Shown here: positions 62,943 to 64,000 of the stretch, one piece after another
How positions within the stretch are numbered: the first letter of the stretch is position 1
How the letters are laid out: each line of letters begins with the position of its first letter
NCBI GenBank assembly: GCA_025558095.1
Contig: JAIVFI010000010.1
Span: 496,001-560,000, forward strand
Source of the DNA: Hyaloraphidium curvatum SAG 235-1
Taxonomy: Eukaryota > Fungi > Monoblepharomycota
DNA length: 64,000 nucleotides
Direction of reading: 5' to 3'
Notes under the pieces: model-generated
Databases searched by the model: none
What the model saw: the letters and a program-made list of their open reading frames with translations, nothing else
Told to the model about the DNA's origin: nothing
Made by a program: the position numbers and the translations under genes

Positions 62943-64000
62943 CTACATCTTTTCTGCTGGCGCCTCGTCCGGATCCCCGCGTGGTGCTTTGGGGGGGAAC
63001 ATGTCCTCACTTCCCCCCAACTCCCGAAAGACATGCCTTGCTATGTCCGAAAGTCCCTCGAGATGGGCTGCAGGTGGAGTATCGGGCACGTAGATAACGG
63101 ACCCTTGGGGCGCGGTCGGACTTCGGTTGAAACGGAAGCGCTGCCTGAAGAACATGAGGAACAACGCCGCGGGCAGCTCCTTGGCAACGGGCGAGACTGC
63201 AAGCACAGTGATGATGTGAAGCTGCACGGGCTTCGCATACTGGAAGTGTACCAACCAGGGTTTCCGAAGCTACCAGTGTCGACGAACTGTCGCACGACGT
63301 CTAAGAGGTCCCCCCGCGCCGTGGCCTCGGCAAGACAAAAGAAGTGCAGCGCATCTGGAAGCAAACAAATCAGGTATTGTTCCGACGGAAAGGCCCCTTC
63401 CGCACATATCCCTGGTGGTGCCGTGTGGTTGCTCGCCGAAACCTGGAGCACCAACACCTTCCCTGCGCCGCTGTCTGCCCTGCCAGGCAGAACAACCAGG
63501 TCAAGCTCGCTGTCCGATTGTAGAGGCCTGTCCGTGAGGACGATGCATCGCGAGACAAAGGTCCTAATGCGCATCTTCAGTTCGGAACAGAAGGGCACGC
63601 AGTTCGAGGAACGCACTCATCACACAACAAAGAGTTGCCGCCTCCCAGATCGGCGTAATCGAGAGAAGCAACGGTGCGCTTGGCGTGGACAATCCGGCCG
63701 CCCGACAGCTCTACGTCGATAGCATGTGTCGCACCGTCTGGGGCCGCGGACAGCCTGCGAACGGGCTGATCGAGCATGTATGTTCCACCGTGAACGGCGC
63801 ACAGTCTGGCGAGCCAAAGCGTCAGGAAGAGCGTACTCTAGGCATCCGCACGTCGACTTGCCGGCTGAAACCCTGCGCCATCTCGCTGCCGCCTCCGTAT
63901 GCAGGGCAAAGAAACGGAGTGGGTCCGTAACGCCCCAACGATTTAAGGTAACGTCTTGTGCCGAGGACACCTTCGCGCACAGAAACTACCGTGTGGCAAC
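62943..64000 (-). CDS. MRS6: Rab escort protein (Rab GGTase component A, GDI/REP family), 5'-partial
   Basis: LKSLGRYGPTPFLCPAYGGGSEMAQGFSR|LCAVHGGTYML across a GC-AG intron; VLQVSASNHTAPPG. Confidence 0.85.

Overview
GC-rich, gene-dense eukaryotic DNA with many short (about 40-110 nt) spliceosomal introns. The gene set (Tra1, mitochondrial Msh1, Pop1, Avt-type transporter, Gag1-like clamp protein, fungal-type complex I small subunit) points to a fungus; an early-diverging, chytrid-like lineage is my inference. About 15 housekeeping genes are present: POP1, SAM carrier, MFS permease, MSH1, family III CoA-transferase, AVT, SRP receptor alpha, PEX7, UTP10, ROK1, YJU2, TRA1, NDUFC2-like and REP/MRS6, plus an intronless SelD-N-type FAD oxidoreductase. 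Two accessory zones stand out. (1) Inverted arms of about 4 and 4.5 kb (about 169-4114 and 16540-21045) bracket five co-directional genes. Each arm carries an F-box/LRR-like gene preceded by a 1.1-1.5 kb array of repeated, covarying stem-loop modules with UUCG/GNRA loops and G-U pairs, which looks like an undescribed modular structured RNA. (2) An island at about 30.6-38.2 kb holds a Helitron-type DUF6570 remnant, a spliced gene with two tandem I-HmuI-like NUMOD4-HNH nuclease modules, and an orphan Rieske-oxygenase exon. A 450-bp hAT-like MITE occupies almost the whole POP1/oxidoreductase intergenic space. Exon boundaries and family calls were read by eye; no database searches were run.
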